A stretch of DNA of 64,000 nucleotides from a virus (IMGVR_UViG_3300033145_000529:32001-96000), one strand, 5' to 3'; shown: positions 38,301 to 48,102, numbered from the stretch's first letter. The notes: a model not told the origin generated them from the letters alone. Numbers and translations: made by a program.

Positions 38301-38917
38301 GTGATTTTATTGATAAGGAAACTTCTGACCTTAAAACTTATTATGCTTTTGCACGTACTGAGGAAGGAGTTACTACTGGACAAGCAGAAACATTTGTCGC
38401 ATATGGAGAAGTTTGGAACGCAATGCTTCAAGAATTGCAAGGTATTGAAAAAAACACTAGCAAAATGCTAGAGGCTGAATACAATATACCAGGTTGGTAT
38501 CAAACACCTAATAGGTACATGGCTTTGAGGCAAACTGGTGGAGCGGGGGGATTTGGTCCAGCATCAGAAGGGATGTGGGGGGATTGGTTGGAGTTTGTAA
38601 GCAGTAGGAGTATGCAATCTGGTGGCATTGTCCGTGAAACTGGACCTTATTTCCTGCATAAAAGAGAGGTTGTTGTGTCAGGTGAGACACTGACAAGTAC
38701 TAATGTTCTTCTAGGTAATTCTTATAGGGTGCTTCTAATATCACAGCAATACTTATCAAATATTAACCTTGGGATTCTTGGGGTGAGGCAGGAGATTCAA
38801 CAATTGAGGCAGCAGTTGGCATCAACCAAAACAGCAGAAGTGGGTTCTTCTGATTTTGATAGAGTCACAAAAGCCAATTATGTTGGTATAAGTTCTTTAG
38901 GAGTAAATAGGAAATAA
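35321..38917 (+). CDS. tape measure protein (TP901-type core)
   Basis: 1198 aa, Ala/Gly-rich helical; VGNAIRA, AGQRRY, Gly-rich hydrophobic segment. Confidence 0.92.
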   Translation: MVESQFIPGQQGGSPMSHTLFMKQYEEQKRKLIENTALFQKYGYSQAESAKMSHQMVDANKRNIASFNGMTESMGKAVLKVTLWMAAISVVLGAMKKVGEVIELWKDLEVTLERIGITTGEIGLGLYQYFEKTADVAIAMGMPIQNTLRGMDLALRATASLENQVVRTATATMMLRDASILGNVAGMNFDQAIDILVGSLRQTGMELDQGIILLDKWVAVARNAAVSVNDLSQGFAIMSSAAASAGVNIDQVNGIIAALSESVTLGPIEVGNAIRALMATIYNPGSIKIMSRYGVAVKDATGELRSFWDIMTQLSSMVVTGALDESQIMEIAKAAGAGQRRYAQFIALLQNWTNAMRAADISANAQNEALKANQRIVDTLTNAYDQFTAAQNKFWYAFGEKSGIIGDMTQAFQGFASLFNNISGWNEGLFKTLKILMEIAAALAIIKVSMIGWAKLQGMGIGAGMGGFFGMGKYPMAAGAGAPGYYDTTQGARGAPLYVRGTPPSGGQAFGRRMITPSRGVAGIAGAGMVGGLIAGEITQSTLGAWGGGIGAGIGMALGGPVGAAAGGAIGAVIGKAIEDSARTVEDILKGAMEDFLESMPAELRSALTPGIRDISLAGFAAEPISEEELPYAEALEKARETIELQERAIKTGGTAWEKFSVNFTAIRAAMEALSSEGFAASWEIMQKETGTWVRDEAGEWITLTELHTRQLDALLPKEQQIKDIRDALLNSDKEALSLEDELAVRAKDIRVEENTQLVVNREINKLKEKSLDIGTKEFLLQRSQIESSQIAYSNLQAQIERFAPQELPRFRQLVPDFGAFMQFEPGAYQPLQEVLATQISITKQQEEGVLAMKQLERYWVALPGFSATYTTNLEDILAQENYWSALSKGLLADDIEAIGHLGRINEFLQEKGVLTKDLTADEMTSISLLVAEGVEHAKIVDLLQREYDINNDMLKDTMEYMPRYKTPGQFAFLQGIDAGKIQSLLDKYNTMFSDFIDKETSDLKTYYAFARTEEGVTTGQAETFVAYGEVWNAMLQELQGIEKNTSKMLEAEYNIPGWYQTPNRYMALRQTGGAGGFGPASEGMWGDWLEFVSSRSMQSGGIVRETGPYFLHKREVVVSGETLTSTNVLLGNSYRVLLISQQYLSNINLGILGVRQEIQQLRQQLASTKTAEVGSSDFDRVTKANYVGISSLGVNRK

Positions 38918-38918
38918 G

Positions 38919-39326
38919 ATGGCTGTAGTAGTTAGATGGAAATTAGATATTGGTGGTTCGTATGAATATGAATTCTCACGAAATCCAAATAGGTATGATG
39001 GAGATAGTGGCTGGCAATATGGTCCTCGTATGAGCGAAATGGAAGTTATAGGGTCTAATCAACCTCACATCCAAATTGATGGGTTTCAAGGGGCAACGAG
39101 AACTATACGTTTTACCGCTATCACTGGTACAATGACACGGAGATTGCAGGACTTCTTTTTAAGAAAGGCAATCATATATAATTGTAGAGACCACCTGTAT
39201 CCAACTCATGCTCAATTTAATTGTTTCATTGCGTCATTTACTCAACAGGTGCGTCCAACTACAGGCAGTTTCCCTGGGTCTGGTGAAGATACCTATGATG
39301 TAGAAATAACTTTGATAAAGATGTAA
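38919..39326 (+). CDS. distal tail protein-like
   Basis: Directly after TMP. Confidence 0.6.
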   Translation: MAVVVRWKLDIGGSYEYEFSRNPNRYDGDSGWQYGPRMSEMEVIGSNQPHIQIDGFQGATRTIRFTAITGTMTRRLQDFFLRKAIIYNCRDHLYPTHAQFNCFIASFTQQVRPTTGSFPGSGEDTYDVEITLIKM

Positions 39327-39328
39327 TT

Positions 39329-40939
39329 ATGGGAATAGCTGAAGAATATGCGAAAAGGGTAAAGATACCCATTGCTAAGGTTAAAGTTACTAAATTTTTT
39401 GAGGGAGAGTCCCCTGGAGTGGAAGCCATTGGTGATAATTATTTTCCCGAAGTTATAAGTTGTGATATCACTTATGGTTTTGACCAAGCCAGTACAACCT
39501 GTACTTTGGAATTAAAAACTCCCCTTGATTCTGAAGGTAACTATGTCCGTTTTGTCCCAATGAATAGAGTTGAGGTGGAGCAGGGGTGGAATGTACTTTC
39601 AACTTACAGAATTACATTTTTTGGGTTTATTGATAAAATAGAGTATGCTAGTCCTCCCCGAACAGTTAGATTAGAATGTCGTGATATCCTAAAATTAGCA
39701 CAAGATAACTATTATATTTATTCAAATAGAAGAGTTTATTCTGCTGTACCTGACGAGTCTGAACTAGACGCTGACGGTAATCCTATGGGTGGTCAAGCTG
39801 TTGAGGATAGACAAGCTCAGAGAATTATTACGGATTTCCTGACAGATAGTGGTATCCCAGAGTCTAGACTTCACCTCGACTTTGTAGAATATCCTGCTTC
39901 TGGTGCGATTGTCATTGGTAACAATGCTACGGCTGTTTTCGCATATGAGTCTGCAATGGATGCTTGCACACGCATCACTGACCTTATTGGTTACCGTATA
40001 TGGGCTGATAAAGGTGGGCATGTTCAGTGTAAAGAAATAAGACCTGTCGGAGCCTCAACATCATCTCAAACATATCGCAGTCAAGAAGAGACATATGCAG
40101 GAGATGAGGTATGGACAATTACTCAAGTTGGTAATTTATTAGGTATTAGTGCAAGCAGAGATGATGACCTGAGAAATTGGGTTACAGTATATGGATATGA
40201 TGGAATAAGTACTACAGTTGCAGGTCCATCTGATTATATTCCTACCCCACCAACATATAGAAGGACAGAGATCAGGTCATACTTGCTAGATACACCAGAA
40301 TTACTTATTGCTGTAGCTACTAGAGTTTATAATGATTTGAACAGATTAAGATATACTGCTAGAGCTACTATTGAGGGAGACCCAAGACTTGAAATTGGAC
40401 AGACTATTAGCTTATATGACCCCCACGCAATGACGGACCTAATTGAATATTTCTTGTATGATTATACTAGCTCACTTACAGCAGGTATATGGACTATGGA
40501 ATTGAGTCTTGTTGGTGGTACTGGTGCGGGGACTGAAGGTTCACCCCCAGTTGCTAATATTGCTCCTGTAGCAATGTTTGTATATAGGGTTGAACATGAG
40601 TCGCTTGCTGACGATAGTAATATGTATGATGTTACTGTTGATGCGACACCTTCGTATGACCCAAATGGTCCATTAGAAGAATTGCTCTATACTTGGGTTT
40701 GTTCTGGTTATTCTGTAGCGAGCGGAATTACACATACTTACAATGTGATAACGGATACCCTTTCTATTTATGTTACATTGACGGTGCAAGACCAAGGAAC
40801 ACCACCGCTTAGTAGTTCTATTACTCTTGCAATAACATCTATTGAGGTAGAACAGAAGATGGTATTTGTAGCTTCGGGGAAGTATGTTTATACTTCAGAT
40901 AATGGTGGAGTAAGTTGGTTAAAACAAGAATTATGGTAA
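39329..40939 (+). CDS. tail tip/baseplate hub protein with PKD-like domain and terminal Asp-box
   Basis: LECRDILK, GDPRLEIG, DATPSYDPNG..YTW, SDNGGVSW. Confidence 0.7.
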   Translation: MGIAEEYAKRVKIPIAKVKVTKFFEGESPGVEAIGDNYFPEVISCDITYGFDQASTTCTLELKTPLDSEGNYVRFVPMNRVEVEQGWNVLSTYRITFFGFIDKIEYASPPRTVRLECRDILKLAQDNYYIYSNRRVYSAVPDESELDADGNPMGGQAVEDRQAQRIITDFLTDSGIPESRLHLDFVEYPASGAIVIGNNATAVFAYESAMDACTRITDLIGYRIWADKGGHVQCKEIRPVGASTSSQTYRSQEETYAGDEVWTITQVGNLLGISASRDDDLRNWVTVYGYDGISTTVAGPSDYIPTPPTYRRTEIRSYLLDTPELLIAVATRVYNDLNRLRYTARATIEGDPRLEIGQTISLYDPHAMTDLIEYFLYDYTSSLTAGIWTMELSLVGGTGAGTEGSPPVANIAPVAMFVYRVEHESLADDSNMYDVTVDATPSYDPNGPLEELLYTWVCSGYSVASGITHTYNVITDTLSIYVTLTVQDQGTPPLSSSITLAITSIEVEQKMVFVASGKYVYTSDNGGVSWLKQELW

Positions 40940-40946
40940 TGGGTAG

Positions 40947-42179
40947 ATGACAACTAATATTTGGTGGGTAGACCCACCTAGAAAGTATTGGGCTGGTGGC
41001 TACATGAGCTATAAGTATCATGATGCCGTAGTGGATACAGTCTATATCCACAATAACCAATATTACTCTGGATTCCAATGCGTAAAGCAATGGCAATTTC
41101 CGCTAGACTTAATTTCTGACCATTACGAATGTTGGGCATACCACTTCTTTACAAAATTTAAAGTTCCAATAGCTACGAGCGGTGTATTCCAAAGTGCCGA
41201 ACTCTATTTAATGCTTGGTGGTGCTGAGATGGTCTTGGATGACCCCACTGTTTATAACGTTATGGACATTGACGTATACTACAAAAGTGTCTATGACACT
41301 GATACCTTTCCTTGGCAGGTTCTAGATGAAGGAGATTATGCGGCTCCGACATGGACTCAAAATCCTAATTCTATAGAAAATTTCTATAGTATGTGGGGTC
41401 TATTTGTAGTAGGAGGACCATATTGGGTAGACCCTGTTACTGTGACGGTTGGAGTTCAAAAAGCCATAGATGAGGGGTGGGAGTGGATTGCTTTTAGACT
41501 TTCTCCAAGTTATGTTGCCCCACCTGATTATAATTGGGATGTTAGACCAACGACATTCGACCAACGGGCTGCGTTAGCGTTTTATGGTCCAGTTAACCCA
41601 TATTGGACAACCTCACCGCCAGGATTCACTAAAAAGGGTGTACCTGAGCCTGCTTGCTCACCTGTCCCCTGGTTGAAAATTACTTATTCTGGTGGGGCAG
41701 AGCAGTGGTATCCAGGTGAAGATGAGACTGCTAATCCTGTCTCTGGAGAAGGTTCTACTGGTAATGCTATAGTAAATTGTGTAGCCGCAGACCCTAAAGC
41801 TAAAATGGCAATCGCTGGAACTGAAACGGGTAATTTGTGGCATTGTTGGAGTGGTGGAGGTGTGTGGAATAAGGTTCTTGATGGGGTTGAACCCATAACG
41901 GCTGTGTGGATGGATCATATAAGGAATTTCCAAGATTATCCGTATGGCGAAATTGCTTGGTATGGAGCGGGGAGCGGAACAGGAAGTGGAAATTTATATA
42001 AGAGTGAGAATTCTCTTGGTAATTTTACTCTGAAGGGAATTTTCCCAACAAAAATTGTTGAAATCATGTCCAGTAATCGGGATTCTGATAAAGTTGTTGT
42101 GGGTGTCTTGGACGGTGTTTGGACATCTGTTGATGGTGGTGAAACTTGGATAGAAGGGTTAGAATCCCCTACAACATAA
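40947..42179 (+). CDS. tail tip protein with C-terminal Asp-box blades
   Basis: SVDGGETW; aromatic-rich N-domain. Confidence 0.6.
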   Translation: MTTNIWWVDPPRKYWAGGYMSYKYHDAVVDTVYIHNNQYYSGFQCVKQWQFPLDLISDHYECWAYHFFTKFKVPIATSGVFQSAELYLMLGGAEMVLDDPTVYNVMDIDVYYKSVYDTDTFPWQVLDEGDYAAPTWTQNPNSIENFYSMWGLFVVGGPYWVDPVTVTVGVQKAIDEGWEWIAFRLSPSYVAPPDYNWDVRPTTFDQRAALAFYGPVNPYWTTSPPGFTKKGVPEPACSPVPWLKITYSGGAEQWYPGEDETANPVSGEGSTGNAIVNCVAADPKAKMAIAGTETGNLWHCWSGGGVWNKVLDGVEPITAVWMDHIRNFQDYPYGEIAWYGAGSGTGSGNLYKSENSLGNFTLKGIFPTKIVEIMSSNRDSDKVVVGVLDGVWTSVDGGETWIEGLESPTT

Positions 42180-42192
42180 TTGAGGTATAGTA

Positions 42193-43713
42193 ATGGCACG
42201 TGGTGATATTATAAATTCTAGTATAGAAACCTTGGAATTTGATGAAGACCAGGGAGTTTATTGTAAGATAGTACAAGTTTCTGGCGGTGTCTGTGCTATA
42301 GTATATGCGAATACCGATAATCTTAAAATGAAGACATATCTTATAGACAGCCTAGGTAATATTGGTGATGAGATAGACTCGGTGGTTATTGGAGTTGGGT
42401 CTTATCCCTATATCCATCATATTACTGATACCAATGTTTTTGCCATTGCATACGTAGGTCCTTCGGCAGACAGGTTTGTTAAACTTCTTACTATTAATAT
42501 CAGTAATGCGGGTATAATAGGTTCGGAAATTAGTTCATTGGACATTTACGACCCATCCCCTGATGTAGCACGGTACCTTAAGCTTGTTCATGTTAGTGGA
42601 ACTACATATGCTATTACTTGGTACATTGCTGGAACTCCTCCTGATTACCCTGGTTGGCTAGCAACAGTTAATATTGATAATGACGGTACAAATCTTTCTG
42701 TATTGGACAGCTATAATTTCTCTGCTAATGCCGTTTCACCTGATATTATGCGTGCTTATGGTAATGTGTTTATTATCACCCATAATGGCGGACTTGCAAT
42801 TACATTACCAATTGCTGCTAATGGTACAATTGGTTCAGTACTAGATAGTCATGATTTTCTGGTTGCTACAGGGTATCCATCACTAATTCACATCGCTGGT
42901 AACGTCTTTGCTACTGCTAGTTATGATGGGTTACCTGGTTGGATTAGGACATTTTCAGTTATTAGTGGTATTATAACTGAAATTGACACATATGAATTTG
43001 CTGGTGATGCTAGTGCTATAAGAGGTCTTTACTTAACTTCTGATGGTACTAATGTTATCATTGCTGTTGTATTCACAACTGCCCCTTCACCTCCTTTGGG
43101 GAAGATATACACCATTTACATAGGTATTGATGGAATTATCGGGGGACAGATAGATAGTGATCAGTGGAAGAGCACTGTTTCGACTCCTTATATAATTAAT
43201 GTAACTGGTAATATTTATGCTTTAGTTTGCGATGGATATGGTCCTGTGGGTGGTGGAGGATGGTTAGTAACACTAAGTATTGATACAATTTGGTATCGTG
43301 CGTTTAAAGGTTTATTTAATCGTGGTGATGAGATTCAAGCAATTTTTGAAGGTGGGGTAGGTTATAGAAGCCCCGATTTTGGGGTTACTTGGTATGAGAT
43401 GGAAGATGAACCAATAACAGGCAGAGATGTCGGATTTGATGCTTCAAATGAACAAGAGTCATTCATTGGGGCTAGTGGGGTTCTTTACAAGTTTGATTAT
43501 GCGGAGGGAGAGATTTTTTACTATGCTCAAGGTGCAGCAATAAGTGGAGTTGTATCATGTATAGATGTAGACCCAGTAACTCCTGTTGCAGTTGTTGGGA
43601 CAAGTGAGAAATTATATAAAACAGTAGACTTCGGTGCAACAGTTCATGAATGGAAGAGCATTCCAGTTGCGGGCGTTGCAATAGGCGGAAATTTTATAGT
43701 ACCGAGTGGATAA
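42193..43713 (+). CDS. tail protein with ~50-aa beta repeats and Asp-boxes
   Basis: Repeated GxIGxEIDS..P.I.H..GNVFA units; SPDFGVTW. Confidence 0.65.
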   Translation: MARGDIINSSIETLEFDEDQGVYCKIVQVSGGVCAIVYANTDNLKMKTYLIDSLGNIGDEIDSVVIGVGSYPYIHHITDTNVFAIAYVGPSADRFVKLLTINISNAGIIGSEISSLDIYDPSPDVARYLKLVHVSGTTYAITWYIAGTPPDYPGWLATVNIDNDGTNLSVLDSYNFSANAVSPDIMRAYGNVFIITHNGGLAITLPIAANGTIGSVLDSHDFLVATGYPSLIHIAGNVFATASYDGLPGWIRTFSVISGIITEIDTYEFAGDASAIRGLYLTSDGTNVIIAVVFTTAPSPPLGKIYTIYIGIDGIIGGQIDSDQWKSTVSTPYIINVTGNIYALVCDGYGPVGGGGWLVTLSIDTIWYRAFKGLFNRGDEIQAIFEGGVGYRSPDFGVTWYEMEDEPITGRDVGFDASNEQESFIGASGVLYKFDYAEGEIFYYAQGAAISGVVSCIDVDPVTPVAVVGTSEKLYKTVDFGATVHEWKSIPVAGVAIGGNFIVPSG

Positions 43714-45673
43714 TATGATAACTAAGAGAGAAGCTAAAGAAATAGTAGATTGGGTTGTTCGGGAGATAACGAGGCGTAACTTTTCCTACGTTACTGATGG
43801 TAGATTAGATTTGAGTAAATCTCCTGTTGGGGCAATTTCTGGGACTCAAACTTCTGGTGGTCCTATTGCTGATGGTGCTATTTGGAATCGTCATGTTCAC
43901 CCCAACGCTGATATTAGGGGAACAAAAGTAAGAATAGCGACAACCGCAGAACGTGGTACTGTTCAGTTAGGAACTGATGGTGTAGCACTAGTCCCTACAA
44001 TGTCTGGTCTTCTTGCTACGGCTTCTGGTCTTGGTGCAAGTCTAATTGGTATTGAGGATAGTCCTGATGCATTTGTGTCAGAGGATGTAGAAGCTGTTCT
44101 ACATGAGTTGTATGATAAAATCGTTGCTATTGCCTTCCTTGATTTGACCGATACTCCAAGTAATTATACAAACAGATTCCCACAAGTTCCTACTATTACC
44201 GAGGCTGAGGCTGGTTTAGAATGGAGACCAGTGGATTATTATGATAGTGATAGCGTTGTACCTTTCCTTGGTTATGCCCTCAGCTTTGATGGGGATGATG
44301 ATTATGTAAATTGCGGGCAGGACAACAGCTTAAATCTAGTAGGTGACCTCAGTATTGAGATATGGATAAACCCTGATGCTACCAATATTAGTGGTTTGTC
44401 TTCAGTTTATAAATTTGCGGGTGGTTATAAAGGATTTAGGTTTGGAGTAAAGACTGCCGAAACAAACTTTGCCATCGGCAATTCAGGGGGTGGATATGAG
44501 GGATTAAATTGGAAACATGCTAATCTCTCTGATACTGAGGCTTATGTAGTAATTACAAAGGAAGGAACTACGGTTAAGTGTTATATAAATAACGTAGCAC
44601 AAGCTGACAAAACTCTCTCTGATGCTGTGATAAATGACCACTCTACAGTAAACTTATTACTTGGTCATAATCCATTGAATGCCAAGTACTTAAAAGGTAA
44701 GATAGCCCAAGTCCGCATATCAAATGTAGCTCGAACTCAAGCTGAAATAACTGCTAATTATAATGGCGGAGCAGGTCGCAAATTCCCACTGGATGCCAAT
44801 ACAGTAGCTCTGTGGCAGATAGATGAAGGTGCTGGTGCTACTGTCTATGATGAGACAGATAATGATAATGACGGGACTATTGATGGAGCTACTTGGACAG
44901 ATAGTATAATATATTCTAGATTTGATACTGATTATTCAGGTGCGGTTGCTGTAAGGTGTGGTGAAGAAGTAGTTGATGCTGAATCTGCTACAATGAATAA
45001 CATTCTTGATGGTGGTGAAGCTAATGGTTACTACGATATTTATGGCAGACCAAAAACAAGAATTGGTAGTAAGGAACAAATAGCAAAAGGAAATTATACA
45101 GAGTTTGAAGCGGATGGAACTCATCGTTTTGCTGGTGAGTCTACTGTGTGGGAAGATTTACGGACTCCTACTAATATGCTCAAGACCCACAGCACCAAAC
45201 CTCCTGTTTGGACTGATTATAAAGGTGGTCAAGTGTTAGCTTTTGAAGACCAAGCAGTAAATTATCAGACAGTTTACTTCACGTGGCAAATGCCACACGC
45301 ATATAAATTGGGAACAACACTTTATCCTCACGTTCACATTGTACCAGAAGACGATACTGCTGGAGATGTTTATTGGGAATTTACTTACAGTATAGCAGAA
45401 AAGGATGGCATAGTTCCAAATCCAACTACTGTAAATACTGTTCAAGCAATGCCTGCCATAGCAGACCAGCATAAGTTTCACTACATTGCTACAATAAGTG
45501 GAAGTGAAATGCCCGCTAGTGGAGATGATGTATCAACAATGTTATTGTGTAGTTTAACACGTAGGTCTGATGACGCATTGGATACTTTTAATGGTAAGAG
45601 TGTTTATTTATTAGAGGTAGATTTACATTATGAAATAGATACTGTTGGTAGTAGGCAAGAACTTATTAAATAG
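43706..45673 (+). CDS. tail fibre/receptor-binding protein with LamG-like domain
   Basis: ALSFDGDDDYV, GKIAQVRISNVART, VALWQIDEGAG. Confidence 0.75.
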   Translation: MDNMITKREAKEIVDWVVREITRRNFSYVTDGRLDLSKSPVGAISGTQTSGGPIADGAIWNRHVHPNADIRGTKVRIATTAERGTVQLGTDGVALVPTMSGLLATASGLGASLIGIEDSPDAFVSEDVEAVLHELYDKIVAIAFLDLTDTPSNYTNRFPQVPTITEAEAGLEWRPVDYYDSDSVVPFLGYALSFDGDDDYVNCGQDNSLNLVGDLSIEIWINPDATNISGLSSVYKFAGGYKGFRFGVKTAETNFAIGNSGGGYEGLNWKHANLSDTEAYVVITKEGTTVKCYINNVAQADKTLSDAVINDHSTVNLLLGHNPLNAKYLKGKIAQVRISNVARTQAEITANYNGGAGRKFPLDANTVALWQIDEGAGATVYDETDNDNDGTIDGATWTDSIIYSRFDTDYSGAVAVRCGEEVVDAESATMNNILDGGEANGYYDIYGRPKTRIGSKEQIAKGNYTEFEADGTHRFAGESTVWEDLRTPTNMLKTHSTKPPVWTDYKGGQVLAFEDQAVNYQTVYFTWQMPHAYKLGTTLYPHVHIVPEDDTAGDVYWEFTYSIAEKDGIVPNPTTVNTVQAMPAIADQHKFHYIATISGSEMPASGDDVSTMLLCSLTRRSDDALDTFNGKSVYLLEVDLHYEIDTVGSRQELIK

Positions 45674-45683
45674 GTGAAATAAA

Positions 45684-46664
45684 ATGGCAACAAAAATATA
45701 TTTAAGAAGAGGAACACGCACCGAAATTCTAGGTATTGTTCCTGAAAGTGGTGAACCAGTATGGGCAACGGACACCAAAGCATTGTATATTGGTGATGAT
45801 GCAACGTCTGGTGGTGTTTTTGTCGGTGGCACTGGTGCTCAAGTACTGTCTTTAAATGGATTATTTGATATTATAACAATATCTGGTGCAGGTCTTGTTA
45901 CTGTAACTGAAGATGGTCAAGTGATAGTGGTCTCTGGTGAAGATATACTTGACGTGGACAGCTTGAATGGTTTAACTGGTGCGGTTACAATTTCGGGATT
46001 AAATGGTATAACTGTATTTGAAGATGGGCAAATCATAGTGGTTTCAGGTCGTGATGAATTTCTTGAGCTTATAGATACACCATCAAGCTATGCAGGTCAA
46101 GGTGGAAAGTTTGCTAGGGTAAATGTTGGTGAGGATGCTCTAGAATTTGCACCTACTGCATTTGTTGGTTTGACAGATACTCCTGCTAATTTTACTGGTT
46201 CGTCTAAGAAACTTGTTGCCGTAAATGCTGGTGAATCCGCCCTTGAGTTTATTAAAAGAATAAATATTGAAGAGACCTTAACAAGCGACCACGATTGGGC
46301 AGGATTAGTGTGTAGTGGTATTGCTGGTGAAACCTTGGCATTTGGTGAATTAGTTTATTATGCAAGTGATAGTAAGTGGAAGAAAACAATTGCAACAGTA
46401 GAAGGGCAAACAGATGGACATTTGTCATTGGTAGTTGCGTCAGGTGTGGAGGATGACAGTATTACTTTATTACTTCTAGGTTACATAAGAGATGATAGTT
46501 GGAGTTGGGTGGTGGCTAGTGGACTTTTTGTGCATACTGTAAGTGGGGAAATGTCCCAAGTTGCACCGAGTAATGCTGGTGAGTTTGTTCGTAGAGTGGG
46601 TTATGCTCATTCTTCTGATGCTATTTGGTTTAATCCTGATGGTACTGTAATAGAGAGGAGTTAG
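45684..46664 (+). CDS. tail fibre protein with Mtd_N-like N-terminus and internal repeats
   Basis: IYLRRGT..GEP.W.TDT..LYIGD; two SLNGL..TISG..EDGQ.IVVSG units; two F..L.DTP..ALEF units. Confidence 0.75.
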   Translation: MATKIYLRRGTRTEILGIVPESGEPVWATDTKALYIGDDATSGGVFVGGTGAQVLSLNGLFDIITISGAGLVTVTEDGQVIVVSGEDILDVDSLNGLTGAVTISGLNGITVFEDGQIIVVSGRDEFLELIDTPSSYAGQGGKFARVNVGEDALEFAPTAFVGLTDTPANFTGSSKKLVAVNAGESALEFIKRINIEETLTSDHDWAGLVCSGIAGETLAFGELVYYASDSKWKKTIATVEGQTDGHLSLVVASGVEDDSITLLLLGYIRDDSWSWVVASGLFVHTVSGEMSQVAPSNAGEFVRRVGYAHSSDAIWFNPDGTVIERS

Positions 46665-46668
46665 GCAA

Positions 46669-47946
46669 ATGTCTGAGCAAGTAATAATTGGAGGAGACCC
46701 AGAGAGGTATATTGCTGGTGCTGCTGCTAGGTATCACTGCCTTATGGGTGGAGGTTATTGGAAGACTGCTAGTATAGCAATTCCTATGCCTACAGCAGGG
46801 ACTCTAAAGAAGCTAAGAGTTCAGCTAACTGGTGCTCCTGGTGATGGTAAGAGCTATCAGATATATCTCAGTAAAGGTGGTGTAGAACAAGCATTATCGG
46901 TAACTATCTCAGGTGCTTCGGATACTGCAGGTTCAGATGATAGTAATGAAATATCTGTAGTTGCTGGAGATTTGGTAGAACTGGTAAGTATTCCTACAAA
47001 CACTCCTACTGATAGAGCTTGCACTTTCAGCTTAGAGTTTATACCTACCGTTGATAACGAGTCCATACACTTTGCATATATTGATAATGAGAAGAACAGT
47101 GATGGAGATGCCTATCACCAGGTTGTCTCTGGTTACGGCTCTGAGGTAGGTGCTGTTCTTGACAAAGCCTATGCAGTAGTTCCAACTGGCGGAACACTAA
47201 AGCTACTATATGCTATTGCCTTTACTGCCCCTGGTGCAGGAAACTCCAGAACCTTCACTGTGTACAAGGATGGTGGAGATACAGGTATAGTAGCTGCTAT
47301 TGCTGATACAGATACTAAGGTTCAGGATACCACTCACTCCCAGGCTGTTTCTGCTGGAGACCTGTTCTGTGTAAAGCTAACTAATGCAGGAGGTCCTGCT
47401 AGTTCAAAGTATGGCTGGTCATTTGTCTTCCTAGCTAGTACTGCTGGTGAGTTTCCTATCTTTAACTGTGGTGTTTATGCTCCTGCTATAGATGCTGTAA
47501 CCTACCAGAATCCCTGTGGTAGCTACTTTGGTGAGGCTTGGGATGCTACTGAGGCAAATGTAAAGCAGATTACTAGAACTATGGCTATCACTAAGATGTA
47601 TGTGAATCTAACTACTGCTCCTGGTGCTGATTCTAAGTCATATGCATTTATGCTAAGGGAGGATGAGGGAGATACAGATGTTACTGTAACTATTAGTACT
47701 ACAGCTACTACAGGTAACGATACAGCCCACACTCATGCTTTTACTGATAATCACTATGTAGCTGTAAAGTGCACTCCTGCTAATGCTCCTGCTACTACTT
47801 ACCCTAGGATAAGCCTATGTGGTTATATTTCTGATGCTCCTAGTGGTCCTTCTATAGCAAGCCTTGATGGAATTGCATCAGCATTAATTAATAAAGTAGC
47901 TGGTATTCCTTGGGCAAGCATTGCCAAAATAAATGGAGTAGGATAG
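46669..47946 (+). CDS. tail fibre/receptor-binding protein with three repeated beta domains
   Basis: Three APG..S..F/I units; C-terminal WASIAKING module. Confidence 0.7.
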   Translation: MSEQVIIGGDPERYIAGAAARYHCLMGGGYWKTASIAIPMPTAGTLKKLRVQLTGAPGDGKSYQIYLSKGGVEQALSVTISGASDTAGSDDSNEISVVAGDLVELVSIPTNTPTDRACTFSLEFIPTVDNESIHFAYIDNEKNSDGDAYHQVVSGYGSEVGAVLDKAYAVVPTGGTLKLLYAIAFTAPGAGNSRTFTVYKDGGDTGIVAAIADTDTKVQDTTHSQAVSAGDLFCVKLTNAGGPASSKYGWSFVFLASTAGEFPIFNCGVYAPAIDAVTYQNPCGSYFGEAWDATEANVKQITRTMAITKMYVNLTTAPGADSKSYAFMLREDEGDTDVTVTISTTATTGNDTAHTHAFTDNHYVAVKCTPANAPATTYPRISLCGYISDAPSGPSIASLDGIASALINKVAGIPWASIAKINGVG

Positions 47947-47949
47947 GGC

Positions 47950-47978
47950 TTGACAACTCCTATTTTGTGTGGTATAAT
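47950..47978 (+). promoter_or_regulatory. sigma70-type promoter
   Basis: TTGACA-17-TATAAT with TGTG extension. Confidence 0.88.
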
Positions 47979-48052
47979 ACATGTAGGAATAGTAAAAGGT
48001 GTGGTGAGGAGAAGACAGAGAAAAAATACTTATTCCTAAGCCACGAAAAGGC

Positions 48053-48081
48053 TTGACATCTAGCCAATTATGTGGTATAAT
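48053..48081 (+). promoter_or_regulatory. sigma70-type promoter for the replication operon
   Basis: TTGACA-17-TATAAT with TGTG extension; AAGGAG RBS downstream. Confidence 0.88.
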
Positions 48082-48102
48082 AAAAAGTAAAAGGAGAGTC
48101 TG

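Noticed and set aside
45684-47946. Diversity-generating retroelement suggested by the Mtd_N-like domain
   Set aside because: No reverse transcriptase and no template/variable repeat pair seen
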